A DNA stretch of 64,000 bases, from NCBI GenBank assembly GCA_050084515.1, contig CM114271.1, forward strand, positions 1,364,001 to 1,428,000, given 5' to 3'. This stretch comes from Blasia pusilla. Taxonomy: Eukaryota. Shown piece by piece: positions 63,888 to 64,000 of the stretch (the first letter of the stretch is position 1; each line of letters opens with the position of its first letter). Made by a program: the position numbers and the translations under genes. The notes under the pieces were generated by a model. The model made no database searches. It was not told the origin of the DNA and saw only the letters and a list, made by a program, of their open reading frames with translations.

Positions 63888-64000
63888 AAAAAGGTTGGTT
63901 TGTCTTGGATAGCATAAAATTAAGCAATCTTGCACCTTTTTCTGCACGTCATTTTATTGATTGAATCTTTTCAATTGATTCCTTCCATTTCTTTGTTGAT

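Overview
Eukaryotic, transposon-rich plant genomic DNA, probably a non-seed land plant (an inference from gene content, not proven). Only two clearly intact host genes are present: an intronless COMMD3-like gene (1960-2568) and a 3-exon Lsi2-type silicon efflux transporter (43782-45907). There is also a decayed nepenthesin-like aspartic protease and a possible GRAS relic. The rest is nested mobile DNA: a CACTA transposase carrying a captured Helitron fragment, a Copia relic split by a Ty3/Gypsy element, a second Gypsy element with an extra 3' ORF nested inside that one, a Helitron helicase tail, and a SWIM-type MULE with a large accessory ORF. The most unusual feature is the outer Gypsy element (20808-39224). 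Its integrase ends in a PHD finger. It has TGT...ACA termini and a 4-bp TGGA target duplication, but its two ends share only a ~190-bp core and differ in exactly the outer segments a normal LTR cycle cannot regenerate. Four other fragments in the window are consistent with the same end architecture. All identities are manual estimates and all family assignments are from motif recognition; no database searches were run.
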